From an uncultured Acidobacteriota bacterium (lineage in GTDB: Bacteria; Acidobacteriota; Terriglobia; Acidiferrales; UBA7541), in NCBI GenBank assembly GCA_963796165.1, contig CAWCKP010000008.1, positions 144,463 to 208,462 on the forward strand: a DNA stretch of 64,000 nt. The letters run 5' to 3'. A model generated the notes under the pieces. The model was not told the origin of the DNA, ran no database searches, and saw nothing but the letters and a program-made list of their open reading frames with translations. Below, one piece after another: positions 32,491-43,101 of the stretch; position 1 is the first letter of the stretch, and every line of letters begins with the position of its first letter. The position numbers and the translations under genes were made by a program.

Positions 32491-32529
32491 CTGGCCTGTC
32501 CCGACATCCGCGGGGCAGGCCAGTTTTTT
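32491..32529 (+). terminator. rho-independent terminator with no annotated upstream gene
   Basis: CTGGCCTGTCCC-gacatccgc-GGGGCAGGCCAG followed by TTTTTT. 12-bp stem with one G-U pair. Confidence 0.65.
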
Positions 32530-32647
32530 CTATAGTGTTTTGAATGTATTGTTGGCCGCCTGACAGGGCGTACTTTTCAATTGCGATGTTCTATTTCTCG
32601 ATCATAATGTCCTCGTTTCGCGTATTCGATCTTTCGGAGAATGCTCC

Positions 32648-34459
32648 ATGCGATTGTCCAGTTTGATTCGAGCTGTTTTGACCGCCATCGTTGCGTTTAC
32701 CGTGTGCTGCGTTGGGTGCCCGTTGGCATCGGCGCAAAGTCAAGCCAAGGTGGATGCTGCTACCAAGAGCAAAGCGTGCCCGAGCGATGACAGCGGGTTG
32801 AAGTTATCCAGCGGTTTTTGCGCGACGGTATTTGCCGACGGTATTGGTCATGCCCGCCACCTGGTGGTCACGGCGGACGGAGTGGTTTACGTCAATACCT
32901 GGTCCGGCGACTACTACGATCACGACACGCCGCACGCCGGCGGGTTCCTGGTCGCGCTGAAAGACAGCACCGGCGCGGGAAAGGCCGATGTAAATGAACG
33001 CTTTGGCGAGACCGTGCAGAGCGGCGGCGCCGGCGGCACGGGCATCGCCCTGTATAAGGGGTCGGTATACGCGGAGATCAACGACCGAATCGTGCGATAT
33101 TCGCTGCCTGCCGGGTCGATCGTGCCGCTCGATCCTGCGGATACCGTCGTCTCCGGATTGCCGCTGGGCGGCGACCATCCGATGCATCCCTTCGCCATCA
33201 CCGAAGATGGATCGATGTACGTGGACGTCGCTACCGCGACTAATTCCTGCCAGCCGAAAAATCGGACGCCTGGGTCGATGGGCGCGAACCCGTGCACGGA
33301 ACTGGAGACGCGCGGCGGCATCTGGCGTTACGACGCCAACAAAACTGACCAAACATTTTCACCGGCGGAGCGATTTGCCACTGGGATACGCAATGCCGAA
33401 GGCTTTGGGATCGACACGGCTGGCCAGCGCATTTTTATAACGCAGCACGGACGCGACCAGCTTTATACCAATTGGCCTGCTTTTTTCAAACCGGAGCAGG
33501 AGGCAACGCTGCCGGCCGAAGAGATGATGCTGTTGAAACAGGGCGGCGACTACGGCTGGCCGGAGTGCTACTACGACGGGCCACGGCGGAAACTGGTTCT
33601 CGCGCCAGAGTACGGCGGCAACGGCGGGGTACGCGTGGGTGTTTGCGCCAGCAAGCTTGCACCGGTGGCGGCGTTTCCCGCGCATTGGGCGCCGAACGCA
33701 ATGGTGTTCTACGACAAGACACAATTTCCCGCGCGCTATCGCAAGGGCGTGTTTATCGCGTTCCACGGTTCATGGAATCGGGCGCCATATGCGCAAGGCG
33801 GCTACAACGTGGTCTATCAGCCGCTGGCCGGGGACCATGCATCCGGCAGCTGCGAAGTGTTTGCTGATGGCTTCGCGGGGGCGGTCAAGACGCCGGAGGG
33901 CGCGGTGCATCGTCCCAGCGGCCTGGCTGTTGGGCCGGATGGATCGCTCTACGTTTCTGACGATATTCGCGGACGGATCTACCGAATCACCTACATCGGC
34001 GGCGCCGGCTCGGACGGCGGCGCTGCGAAATTCACGGCGTGTCCGAGTCTGTCGGCCCCGGCCGGCAAAGCAGTGCAAGTGGCTGCCAAGCCGCCGGAAG
34101 GCACGAACCAGGATGCGGGTTCAGCCGCAACAGCGACACCGGCTCTTCGCGTTCCCCCCGGGGCTACGCGGACGATGGTTGCTCTTGGGAACAGCATTTA
34201 CCACGGCCAAGTGGCGGGAGCGGCGTGCGCCGGTTGCCATGGCGTGAGTGCTGGCGGCGGTCCGTTGGGGCCCAGTCTAACGGCCAACAAATGGTTATGG
34301 AGCGATGGCAGCTATCCCGGAATCGCGAAAACGATAACCCAGGGCGTGCTGCAGCCCAAGAAATATCGCAGCCCGATGCCGCCGATGGGCGGGTCGCAAC
34401 TCACGCACGAACAGGTATTGGCGTTGGCCGCGTACATCTGGGCGTTGAACCACCACTGA
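32648..34459 (+). CDS. PQQ-dependent sugar (sorbosone/glucose) dehydrogenase-like beta-propeller fused to a C-terminal cytochrome c domain, secreted
   Basis: Signal peptide. ITQHGRDQL and GSLYVSDDIRGRIYRI propeller motifs. Haem-binding CAGCHG near the C-terminus. Confidence 0.8.
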   Translation: MRLSSLIRAVLTAIVAFTVCCVGCPLASAQSQAKVDAATKSKACPSDDSGLKLSSGFCATVFADGIGHARHLVVTADGVVYVNTWSGDYYDHDTPHAGGFLVALKDSTGAGKADVNERFGETVQSGGAGGTGIALYKGSVYAEINDRIVRYSLPAGSIVPLDPADTVVSGLPLGGDHPMHPFAITEDGSMYVDVATATNSCQPKNRTPGSMGANPCTELETRGGIWRYDANKTDQTFSPAERFATGIRNAEGFGIDTAGQRIFITQHGRDQLYTNWPAFFKPEQEATLPAEEMMLLKQGGDYGWPECYYDGPRRKLVLAPEYGGNGGVRVGVCASKLAPVAAFPAHWAPNAMVFYDKTQFPARYRKGVFIAFHGSWNRAPYAQGGYNVVYQPLAGDHASGSCEVFADGFAGAVKTPEGAVHRPSGLAVGPDGSLYVSDDIRGRIYRITYIGGAGSDGGAAKFTACPSLSAPAGKAVQVAAKPPEGTNQDAGSAATATPALRVPPGATRTMVALGNSIYHGQVAGAACAGCHGVSAGGGPLGPSLTANKWLWSDGSYPGIAKTITQGVLQPKKYRSPMPPMGGSQLTHEQVLALAAYIWALNHH

Positions 34460-34529
34460 TAGGGAAGCCGAAGTCGCCGATTTGCGGCGCGGGTTGCCGC
34501 GATCAGGGGAGGGCGAAATATTGGCAATA

Positions 34530-35135
34530 ATGACCGGCAGGCTGACCGACCGTTTGCGCTTGTGGGTGTTCGGGGTCGCCGTGGCGGCGCTGCTCGGTGT
34601 GGTCGCGACGCCAGCGGGGATATCGGCGGCTGCGTCCGCGCCCGAGTTTGTGCTTTCGAGCCCGGATGCGCAGCTAGCGGTTAGCGTCCCATTGGTCTAT
34701 ACCGCGAATGTTTTCGGGTGCAGCGGTGGCAATAAGTCGCCTGCGCTACAGTGGAGCGGCGCGCCAGCTGGGACCAAGAGCTTCGTGCTGACGTTGTTTG
34801 ACCCTGATGAGAAAAGCACGCCTTCGGGATGGTGGCACTGGGTGGTCTACGACCTGCCCGCGAACGTCGACAAACTACCCATGGGGGCTGGCGCCGAGCA
34901 CGGTTCCCTGCTGCCCTCGGGCGCCCGAATGGGCCGCACCGATCTGGGCAACGATGCGTATCACGGTCCGTGCCCGGACAAGGGCGATCCGCCGCATCGA
35001 TATACTTTTACAATCTACGCGTTGAGTGTGGCGAAGCTGGACGTGGCCCCTTCATCCAGCGGGGCGATGGTGGTTTCCACCGCGCAGGACCATCTGCTGG
35101 GAAAGGCAGTCTTGGTGGCTCACTACGGACGCTGA
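34530..35135 (+). CDS. YbhB/YbcL family Raf kinase inhibitor-like (PEBP) protein, secreted
   Basis: LTLFDPDE...GWWHWVVYDLP, GPCPDKGDPPHRYTFTIYAL. Signal-peptide-like N-terminus from MTGRLTDRLRLWVFGVAVAALLG. Confidence 0.85.
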   Translation: MTGRLTDRLRLWVFGVAVAALLGVVATPAGISAAASAPEFVLSSPDAQLAVSVPLVYTANVFGCSGGNKSPALQWSGAPAGTKSFVLTLFDPDEKSTPSGWWHWVVYDLPANVDKLPMGAGAEHGSLLPSGARMGRTDLGNDAYHGPCPDKGDPPHRYTFTIYALSVAKLDVAPSSSGAMVVSTAQDHLLGKAVLVAHYGR

Positions 35136-35155
35136 AGGCGTCACTTTGCGTCACT

Positions 35156-35626
35156 TCACTTTATGCCGCGGCGCGCTGCGAAAAATTCGCGCAACAGCGC
35201 CGCCGATTCCTCCTCCAGGATTCCCGCGGTCACCTGCACTTGATGATTCAGCCGGGGATGGTTCAGCACTTCGAAGCAGGAACGTACCGCGCCGCCCTTG
35301 GGATCGTCCGCGCCGTAGACCACGCGCACAATTCGCGCTTGGATCATTGCGCCAGCGCACATCGCGCAGGGCTCCAGAGTTACGTACATGGTCGCGCCGA
35401 GCAGCCGATGGTTGCCGATCTCCTGCGCCGCCGCTCGCAGCGCCACCATTTCCGCGTGGGCGGTTGGGTCGCCGTCGCGCAGGGTGCGATTGCCAGCGCG
35501 CGCGATCACTCGCCCGTCTACGACCACCGCCGCGCCGATCGGTACCTCGTCCGCCAGCGCCGCCTCGCGCGCCTCGTGGAGCGCCACGCCCATCAATTCC
35601 AAATCCAATTCGCCGCCATGGCTCAT
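35156..35626 (-). CDS. tadA: tRNA adenosine(34) deaminase
   Basis: PIGAAVV, HAEMVALR, TLEPCAMCAGAM, VVYGADDPKGGA. Confidence 0.85.
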   Translation of the reverse strand: MSHGGELDLELMGVALHEAREAALADEVPIGAAVVVDGRVIARAGNRTLRDGDPTAHAEMVALRAAAQEIGNHRLLGATMYVTLEPCAMCAGAMIQARIVRVVYGADDPKGGAVRSCFEVLNHPRLNHQVQVTAGILEEESAALLREFFAARRGIK

Positions 35627-35792
35627 CGCTGGAAGAATACCACGCAGCTTCACCGCATCCCTCGGTGCACGGCACGAGGAGGGAACTCGCAAGCGGCGGC
35701 TTAGGCCAGCCCAAGTCGGAGTTGCCGTTGGTTTTTAGCGTCCGTGCGAACGGCTTGACTTCCGTGGCTACCCCCGGCAGACTTGGCTCACA

Positions 35793-36248
35793 ATGAAAAA
35801 GCTGCTGCGTCGTCTCTTTCTTGTCGATCTGCTCCAGGGCCTGTGGCTCACGTTTCGGTATCAAAACACCAAAAACATCTACACCGAGCAATACCCTCAA
35901 GAGCGGCCTATGGTGGCCGAACGCTACCGCGGCGCGCCGCGCCTGAACATCAATCCGGAGACCGGCGAATCGCTGTGCATCTCCTGCAATCTGTGCGCGC
36001 TGGCGTGCCCGGAAAATTTGATCGTCGTCGGCTGGCAGCGTGACGACGCCACCCGCCGCAAAGTTCTCACCACTTTTACCTACGATACGTCGCGCTGCAT
36101 GTTTTGCGGACTCTGCGAAGATGCCTGCCCCACCGACTGCCTGGAACTGACCCAGGATTTCGAGATGGCGCAGTACACCCGCGAAGGGGCCATCTGGAAT
36201 CGCCACCGCTTGGAAGTGGGCCCAACGCCCACGCACTACACGCGCTAA
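35793..36248 (+). CDS. nuoI: NADH-quinone oxidoreductase subunit I-like 2x[4Fe-4S] protein
   Basis: LLQGLWLTFRY...YPQERP at the N-terminus, then CISCNLCALACP and CMFCGLCEDACP. No other nuo genes lie nearby. Confidence 0.75.
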   Translation: MKKLLRRLFLVDLLQGLWLTFRYQNTKNIYTEQYPQERPMVAERYRGAPRLNINPETGESLCISCNLCALACPENLIVVGWQRDDATRRKVLTTFTYDTSRCMFCGLCEDACPTDCLELTQDFEMAQYTREGAIWNRHRLEVGPTPTHYTR

Positions 36249-36345
36249 CCCCGCGCTGCACACTTTAGAAACAGCGCGTTGTCGCGCGTTTGCTCGCCTG
36301 CGGTTAATTCGCTAGAATTCCGAAGCCAAGAAGTCGGCCCGTGCC

Positions 36346-37359
36346 ATGGAACTTCGCAAAGACCCCATTACTCGCAGTTGGGTGATCGTCGGACATCCTC
36401 CCCAGGAGCGTCCGCCAGCCAACCCCTGCCCGTTATGTGCGGCCAACGGTGGACCTTCGACGGCAGCGGCGCCGGCGCATTCCCAAGTGCTCTTCGAAAC
36501 TCCGGCCGGACCCGACTGGCAAGTGCGGGTGATTCCCAGCGTGCGTCCGCTGTATCGCATTGAAGGCGAACCGGAGCGCGCCGCCGACGGGATTTACGAT
36601 CGCATGGCGCTGGTCGGGGCCGACGAAATCGTGATCGAGAGTCCTGACCACGGGCGCAGCCTCGCGGACATGGCCGACGAAGAAATCGTCCGGGTGATGG
36701 ACGCGTGGGCCGCGCGGATCACCGACCTGAAACGCGATGGCCGATTCAAATACATCACCGTTTTCAAGAACAAGGGGTTGCTGGCGGGCGAGGACTGGAC
36801 GCACTCCTACTCGCAGGTCACTGCTACCACCTTTGTCCCGCGCCGAATTCTCTACGAACTGCGCGCCGCCCGGGAATGGTTTCGCGACCGGGAACGCTGC
36901 GTCTTCTGCGACATCCTGCGCCAGGAAGAGCGGACCGGAAAGCGAGTGGTGGATAGCCAGGGGGATTACGTGGCGTTCTGCCCCTATGCTTCGCGCGTCC
37001 CTTACGAATTCTGGATTATGCCGCGCCCGCACAATCATCAGTTCGAAGCGCCGCTGCCGGGCGCCAATCGCGGCAACCTCGCGGCGATCCTCGGGCGGAT
37101 GCTTCGCCGCCTGCGTCAGGTCTCCCAGGATTATCATCTGGTGGTGCACACCTCGCCGAACGAGGGGCAAACTAAAGGCGAATTAGCCGATTACTGGCGA
37201 ACGATTTCGAGCGACTATCACTGGCACATCGAAGTACTGCCGATCGTGCAATCGCGCAGCAAGTCCTACAGCATTAAGGAAGTCTATTTCAATGGCTTGT
37301 TGCCCGAAGCTGCTGCCGAGAGGTTGCGGGTGATCGATGGCGGCGCGAAGCGCTCGTGA
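36346..37359 (+). CDS. galactose-1-phosphate uridylyltransferase-like (GalT/HIT superfamily) nucleotidyltransferase
   Basis: MELRKDPITRSWVIV, CPLC, CVFCDI, and HIT-like YHWHIEVLP. Confidence 0.7.
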   Translation: MELRKDPITRSWVIVGHPPQERPPANPCPLCAANGGPSTAAAPAHSQVLFETPAGPDWQVRVIPSVRPLYRIEGEPERAADGIYDRMALVGADEIVIESPDHGRSLADMADEEIVRVMDAWAARITDLKRDGRFKYITVFKNKGLLAGEDWTHSYSQVTATTFVPRRILYELRAAREWFRDRERCVFCDILRQEERTGKRVVDSQGDYVAFCPYASRVPYEFWIMPRPHNHQFEAPLPGANRGNLAAILGRMLRRLRQVSQDYHLVVHTSPNEGQTKGELADYWRTISSDYHWHIEVLPIVQSRSKSYSIKEVYFNGLLPEAAAERLRVIDGGAKRS

Positions 37360-37399
37360 AAGGCAATGGAAACCACCATGAAAGCATCTTTGAGCACGT

Positions 37400-38170
37400 T
37401 TGCCCGGCGATGAAGCCGCGCAACGAGAGACCCCACTGACTTCCCGAGCTCGCCATATCACTTCTACTTCCGTAAGCCCCAGGCGGACCATCGGTTACCG
37501 CGGCAGGCAGCGTGGCGGAATCATCTCCCGTTTGATCTTCCTGATATTTTTTCTGTGCCTGGTTTTTCTGGTCTACCTGGCGCGCCATCCCTTGCTGCGC
37601 ATGGCCGGCGAATTCTGGATCGTTGACGATGCGCCGGGCACTGCCGACGCGATCGTCATCCTCAGCGACGATAACTACTTCGCGGAACGTGCCGAACGCG
37701 CCGCCCAGCTCTATCGCGCGGGCGATGCCCCGCGGGTGGTCGCCAGCGGCAGGTTCCTACGTCCCTACGCCACCGTCGCGGATCTGATGCTGCATGACTT
37801 GAAAGAGCGCGGGGTGCCGGAAAATGCCATCGTCCGTTTCCCCCATCACGCCGCCAACACCCAAGAGGAAGCGGCGGAAATAGCGCACCTGATCCACGAG
37901 CGCGGCTGGAAGAAAATCCTGCTGGTCACCTCGAACTACCACACTCGCCGCTCGCGTTACATATTTGAACGAGTGCTTCCGCCGGGCACCACCTTGCTGG
38001 TGGTGTCCGCGCCGGATACCAACTACAATCCCGACCGCTGGTGGGAGAGCCACCAGGGCCGTTCCATCTTCTTCCATGAGTTCGCCGGCATGCTCTCCGC
38101 GTGGTGGGAGAATCGTCATGCCCCCGCCGCGACATCTATGATCCTGGCCCCAGTTACCGCCGCTGGCTAA
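37400..38170 (+). CDS. YdcF/ElyC family (DUF218) protein
   Basis: One TM segment, then DAIVILSDD..., NTQEEA, ILLVTSNYHTRRS. The start codon is uncertain (TTG 37400 or TTG near 37532). Confidence 0.7.
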   Translation: MPGDEAAQRETPLTSRARHITSTSVSPRRTIGYRGRQRGGIISRLIFLIFFLCLVFLVYLARHPLLRMAGEFWIVDDAPGTADAIVILSDDNYFAERAERAAQLYRAGDAPRVVASGRFLRPYATVADLMLHDLKERGVPENAIVRFPHHAANTQEEAAEIAHLIHERGWKKILLVTSNYHTRRSRYIFERVLPPGTTLLVVSAPDTNYNPDRWWESHQGRSIFFHEFAGMLSAWWENRHAPAATSMILAPVTAAG

Positions 38171-38240
38171 GCGCTCGCGATTTAGGCCCCGCCCGACTGA
38201 GGCTTTCCATTCTTCCCACGCCGTAGTAATTTCTCAGTCC

Positions 38241-39668
38241 ATGAGACCGTCGCTGCTCTCCGTTTGGCTGTTGCTTGCCGCGCTCTTTGGCTCGCTCGCC
38301 TCATTCGGCAAAATCGCGGCTACGCCGATCGTCATCACGCACATAACCGTGATCGATCCGGGCACCCAGTCCGTTCAGCCGGATCGCACCGTAGTGGTGG
38401 AAGGCGCTCGGATCACCGCCGTGGCGGATGCGGCGACCTTTCGTGAGCCTAAAGTCGCGCGGGTGATCAACGCCCACGGGCAGTATCTGATCCCTGGCCT
38501 GTGGGATATGCACGTACACACCGCGTTCGGGAATTGGTTTCCCGGCGGACGCGAGATCATCCTGCCGCTCTTCGTTGCCAACGGGGTGACTGGCGTGCGC
38601 GACATGGGCGGCGACCTTCCAATCCTATTGGCCTGGCGCAAGCAAATCGCCGCCGGCGAAATCATCGGTCCGCGCATGGTTGTCTCTGGCCCGATGCTCG
38701 ACGCCGATCTGCCGGACGGCAAGGGGCTGCGCTTCCCCAGTTCGGTCCGAGTGACCACGCCGGCCAGCGCCGTGGCCGCCGTCGATTCGCTGAAAGCGCA
38801 AGGCGCCGACTTCATCAAAGTGCAATCGGTGATCTCGCACGACGCGTATCTCGCCGCGGCCGCCGAGGCGCACAAGGTGGGTCTGCCGATCGTCGGTCAC
38901 GTGCCGGACACCGTTCGGCTCAGCGAGGCGGTTGCCGCCGGACAAAAAAGCGTCGAGCACCTGATGGGTATTTTCGAAGGCTGCTCGACGGAAGAGGACA
39001 AATTCGTTCGCGGCCAAGGCACCATGGAGATTTTACTGAGCACCCAGGATCCCGCGCGGTGCGACGCGCTTATCGGTCTGCTCGCGGAGCATCAAACCTG
39101 GCAAGTGCCCACGATGGTTTGGCAGCACGGCGGGGAACTCCTCGATCTGCTGGATTGGAACCATCCACCGCTTGCTCCATACGTCCCGGCGTACTGGCGT
39201 GCCGTCACCTGGGCTCGCTTCAGGGATCAAATGATGCCGGACCTGCAGCACGATCCGCTCGCGCTGCGCCGGCAGTACGTCGCCAAGAACCTGCAAATGA
39301 TAGGCTTAATGCATCGTGCCGGCGTTCCATTCCTCGCGGGGACCGACACCGCGCCGGCCATCTACGTGCTGCCAGGATTCAGCTTGCACGACGAACTCGC
39401 CTATTTCGTCGAAGCCGGTTTTACCCCCATGGAATCGCTGCAAACCGCCACCAGCAACCCCGCCAAGTTCCTGGGCCTGGAGCGCTCCTACGGATCGGTG
39501 GTAGAGGGTAAGGTGGCGGACTTGGTCCTGCTCAGCGCGAATCCGCTCGACGATATTCACAACTCCCGCAAGATTTCCGCAGTGGTCGCCAATGGCCGGC
39601 TCTTCGAGCGTGCCGATCTGGACCAGATCCTCGTGCAGGTACAGCACGCGGCAAAGAACCAGAAGTAA
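38241..39668 (+). CDS. amidohydrolase family protein, secreted
   Basis: Signal peptide. LIPGLWDMHVHT metal-binding HxH. GTD and other C-terminal amidohydrolase motifs. Confidence 0.8.
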   Translation: MRPSLLSVWLLLAALFGSLASFGKIAATPIVITHITVIDPGTQSVQPDRTVVVEGARITAVADAATFREPKVARVINAHGQYLIPGLWDMHVHTAFGNWFPGGREIILPLFVANGVTGVRDMGGDLPILLAWRKQIAAGEIIGPRMVVSGPMLDADLPDGKGLRFPSSVRVTTPASAVAAVDSLKAQGADFIKVQSVISHDAYLAAAAEAHKVGLPIVGHVPDTVRLSEAVAAGQKSVEHLMGIFEGCSTEEDKFVRGQGTMEILLSTQDPARCDALIGLLAEHQTWQVPTMVWQHGGELLDLLDWNHPPLAPYVPAYWRAVTWARFRDQMMPDLQHDPLALRRQYVAKNLQMIGLMHRAGVPFLAGTDTAPAIYVLPGFSLHDELAYFVEAGFTPMESLQTATSNPAKFLGLERSYGSVVEGKVADLVLLSANPLDDIHNSRKISAVVANGRLFERADLDQILVQVQHAAKNQK

Positions 39669-39923
39669 AAAGCCATTCGATAGGTTTGCCGTTGGCCCGG
39701 TCCCGCCCGCCACCCAGGACCGGCCGGGGGCCATGCCGTCCGGGGCAGGGGAGTGGCAACTTAGCCCCCGGATGGGGCGAAAACGGCACGGTACCAACTG
39801 GTGCAGGACCACCAGAACCTCGGCGTTTACTTGCCTTGACTCCTGTACTATAGTTTGGCAGCCGCAATCCGGACTCCCACCCCCCGGCTCCGGGCCCGGA
39901 TCATGCGTCAGGGAGAACCTTAT

Positions 39924-40610
39924 ATGTGGAATAAATCATCCGAGGCGAAGCCTACCTCCGGTCCTAATAAATCAAATAATGAAGTTAGCGTTGAAGCGCC
40001 GAAGTCCACATTCGTAAATGCACCCGCATTTGTCTCCGCTGCTCTTCCCACAGCCGTAAGCGCGCCGTCCGCCGTCGAAACTTCACGCGTCGGTCCAGGC
40101 CTCCGTTTCCGCGGCGAACTCTCGGGAACATCGGATCTATATATCGACGGTGAAATGAACGGAAATGTCCGTCTGGAAAACTCGCTCGTTGTGGTCGGCC
40201 CGAACGGGCGGGTCCAGGCAGACATCCAAGCCCGCGAAATTCTGGTCCAGGGCTCGCTCACTGGCAATTTGTTTGCTAGCGACCGAATCCAGTTGGGCCG
40301 GGAGAGTCGAGTGGGCGGCAATCTATCCTCGAAGCACATTCAGATTGAGGACGGAGCGCTGTTCAAAGGCCACGTCGATATGGACATTCGCAAGGCCGCC
40401 GCTAAGCCCGATGAAAATTTGGCGGTCGAACACGCTTCCACGAACGGCAACGGCGATGCAGGCATCACCACCCAGTCCGGCACATCCGAGCCAACAGCTC
40501 TGCCGGCCGCTCCTGCTCCCGCTGCTGTTTCCGTTGCGCCGCCTACCAGTTCGGTTACTCCGGCGGTGCTCCGTGCCACCCGATCAGCAGGTGACAAGGC
40601 GGCGAGCTAG
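39924..40610 (+). CDS. bactofilin family cytoskeletal protein
   Basis: GGGAG lies 9 nt upstream of the ATG. Core F(R)GELSGTSDLYIDGEMNGNV...VVVGPNGRVQADIQAREILVQGSLTGNL...IQIEDGALFKGHVDM, followed by a low-complexity tail. Confidence 0.8.
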   Translation: MWNKSSEAKPTSGPNKSNNEVSVEAPKSTFVNAPAFVSAALPTAVSAPSAVETSRVGPGLRFRGELSGTSDLYIDGEMNGNVRLENSLVVVGPNGRVQADIQAREILVQGSLTGNLFASDRIQLGRESRVGGNLSSKHIQIEDGALFKGHVDMDIRKAAAKPDENLAVEHASTNGNGDAGITTQSGTSEPTALPAAPAPAAVSVAPPTSSVTPAVLRATRSAGDKAAS

Positions 40611-40612
40611 TC

Positions 40613-41302
40613 ATGGGTTGGATGGCCAAAGTACGCGCGGCCGATCCCGCTGGTTCTGCGTCGATGTCGGCCCGGTCGAAGGACTTCGATTCGGCCACCG
40701 CCGTGAGTCCGCGGGTATCGAACGGGCTCAAGGAATTCCTGTGGCTCGCCAGCGATACCAACCGGGGTACCATTTTGGATCTCGGGCCGGCGTGGCAGGC
40801 CACGCTCACCTTTTTTGCCGAGAAGGGCTACCGCATCACCTCCGACGATCTTCTCCGCACCTGGTGGGCATTTCTCACCGGCGAGGAAGAACGCTTGCGC
40901 AGCTTGGGCATCAACGCGGAACGGCCCACGAAAGATTCCCTGGCCGAGCAGTTTCTGCAAGATTCCCTGCAATATCCCGAGCATAGCTACAACGGGATCC
41001 TGATGTGGGACTTGCTCGACTACTTCGAACCCGCTCTGGCCACCCGCATGATGGCTCGCATTTACGACATGCTCAAGCCCGGCGGGGTGATGCTGGCACT
41101 GTTTCACAGCCGTCCGGCCGAGCGTTTCCACCGCTATCGCGTTTCCGATGGGCAAACCATCGAAATGGTTCCCGCGGCGTCGTTCGCTACCCAGGTGCGG
41201 GTGCTGCAGAACCGCGAAATTCAGGACTTGTTCGGGAAGTTCCGGTCGTCAAAAACTTTCGTCGGCCGCGATCAACTGCGGGAAGTGGTGTTCCTGAAGT
41301 AA
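40613..41302 (+). CDS. class I SAM-dependent methyltransferase
   Basis: ILDLGPAWQATLTFFAEKGYRITSDD (motif I-like) and LKPGGVMLALF. Starts 3 nt after the bactofilin stop. Confidence 0.7.
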   Translation: MGWMAKVRAADPAGSASMSARSKDFDSATAVSPRVSNGLKEFLWLASDTNRGTILDLGPAWQATLTFFAEKGYRITSDDLLRTWWAFLTGEEERLRSLGINAERPTKDSLAEQFLQDSLQYPEHSYNGILMWDLLDYFEPALATRMMARIYDMLKPGGVMLALFHSRPAERFHRYRVSDGQTIEMVPAASFATQVRVLQNREIQDLFGKFRSSKTFVGRDQLREVVFLK

Positions 41303-41334
41303 TTTTGCAAGATCGAAAAGCGATCCGAAGAAAA

Positions 41335-41366
41335 GGGGCGCGGCTAATTGCCGCGCCCTTTGTTTT
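41335..41366 (+). terminator. rho-independent terminator of the bactofilin-methyltransferase operon
   Basis: GGGGCGCGGC-taatt-GCCGCGCCC followed by TTTGTTTT. Confidence 0.75.
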
Positions 41367-43101
41367 GGTGTGCCGAGCATGCTTGACAGCTAGGAGGTGC
41401 AAGTCCTCTTCACAACGTGATGGACGTGAAGTGATAGCGAAGCGCAAGGGTGAAATAACACTCGCCGCGAGGCGGGGCCTGAAAGAAGCGCGGAGCAAAG
41501 ACGCGAGCCGATGAACAAGAACTGGATATGAGGCAGGCAGTGTTCGGACGAGCTGGCCAATGGCAGCGAAGTCCCATATCCATCAAGGGCACTGAATGTA
41601 AATCCAGCGGTTGCGCGTCGAGGGCGGTCGAGCTTACCTCGGGAGATCTGCCGTCGTCTCGGAATTCGAGACTGAGGAGCGAGAGATCGTCCTGACCGGG
41701 TGGCAGAAGTCAGCAGAGGGCGTATTAGCTGCGCAAGCGGCGAAGGCCCGAACGGTCCCCGCAAGGGGATAAAGGGAGCGATGAGTACGCGGCGCAACTC
41801 AAGCACCGACAAGCGGCAGAAAAGCCAGTACAGTCTGGCCTTTCCGGAGGAGAGTAGGGGTGCAGCCCCAACGGCCTCCGAGGGAGGGACCGAATCGGAA
41901 TGTGGCGAAACGCACAGCAGAAAGTCCGGCATACCGAGCAGTGGATGGAAGAAGTCTGCGAGCGGGAAAACTGCAAGCAGGCGTTGACGACGAGTGAAAG
42001 CCAACAAGGGGAGTCCGGGCATCGACGGGATGACTGTCGATCAGCTGCCTGGGCACCTAAAAGAGCACTGGCCAGCAATTCGGAAACAACTGCTTCAGTG
42101 GAACCTATCAAGCCGCAACCGGTAAGACGGAGTGGAAATCCCGAAGCCGGACGGCGGGGTGCGCAAACTGGGCATCCCGACAGTGCTGGATCGGTTCATC
42201 CAGCAGGCGGCGATGCAAGTACTGCAGAGGAGTTGGGACTGGAACGTTCTCTGAACACAGCTATGGGTTTCGGCCCAAGCGATCGGCACATCAGGCGGTG
42301 GAGAAGGCGCAGCAATATCAAGCCGCAGGCTACCGCTGGGTGGTAGATCTGGATCTCGAGAAATTTTTCGACCGGGTCAATCACAACCGATTGACTAGCG
42401 AGGATCGCCGAAAGGGTCAGCGATAAGCGTTTGCTGAAACTGATTCGTGCGTTCTTGCGAGCCGGAGAAATGGAGAACGGGCTGGTGAGTCCGGCTCGAG
42501 GAAGGAACGCCGCAAGGTGGTCCTCTTTCGCCCGTGCTATCGAACATCGTACTCAACGAACTGGATCAGGAGCTGGAGCGGCGCGGACACCGGTTCACAC
42601 GATATGCGGATGATTGCAACATTTACGTCCGCAGTCGGCGGGCCGGCGAACGAGTGATGAGCAGCGTGACGCGACTCCTCACGACAAAGCTCAAGCTACG
42701 AGTGAACAGCGCGAAGAGTGCAGTGGCACGACCATGGGAACGGAAATTCCTGGGTTTCAGCTTCACGAATCATAAACAGCCGAAGAGGCGCTTGGCGCCG
42801 AAAGCGGTCGTGCGATTCAAGGAGCGAGTCCGGGAACTAACGCGGCGGACACGGGGCATAAGCCTCGTCCAAATGGTCCATGACGTAGCGGGGTATCTCC
42901 GCGGATGGATCGGCTACTTCGGGCGATGCGAAACACCGGAAGTGCTCGGCAAGCTGGAGAAATGGCTCCGACGTCGACTTCGGTCGATGGTCTGGAAGCA
43001 GTGGAAACGAGGTACCACGAGATATCGAGAGCTCCGCAAGCGCGGCATCGCTGCGCAGGAAGCCGCGCAAACCGCGGGTAGCTCGGATGGTCCGTGGCAC
43101 C

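Noticed and set aside
35151-36263. 370-aa minus-strand ORF spanning tadA and nuoI.
   Set aside because: It is Arg/Gly/Ala-rich and low-complexity. It is antisense or out of frame to two well-supported genes. This is a typical high-GC spurious ORF.
41390-42111. Minus-strand ORFs (210, 128 and 85 aa) in the 5' part of the group II intron.
   Set aside because: They lie antisense to the ribozyme domains I-III and the IEP start, and no protein features are recognisable.
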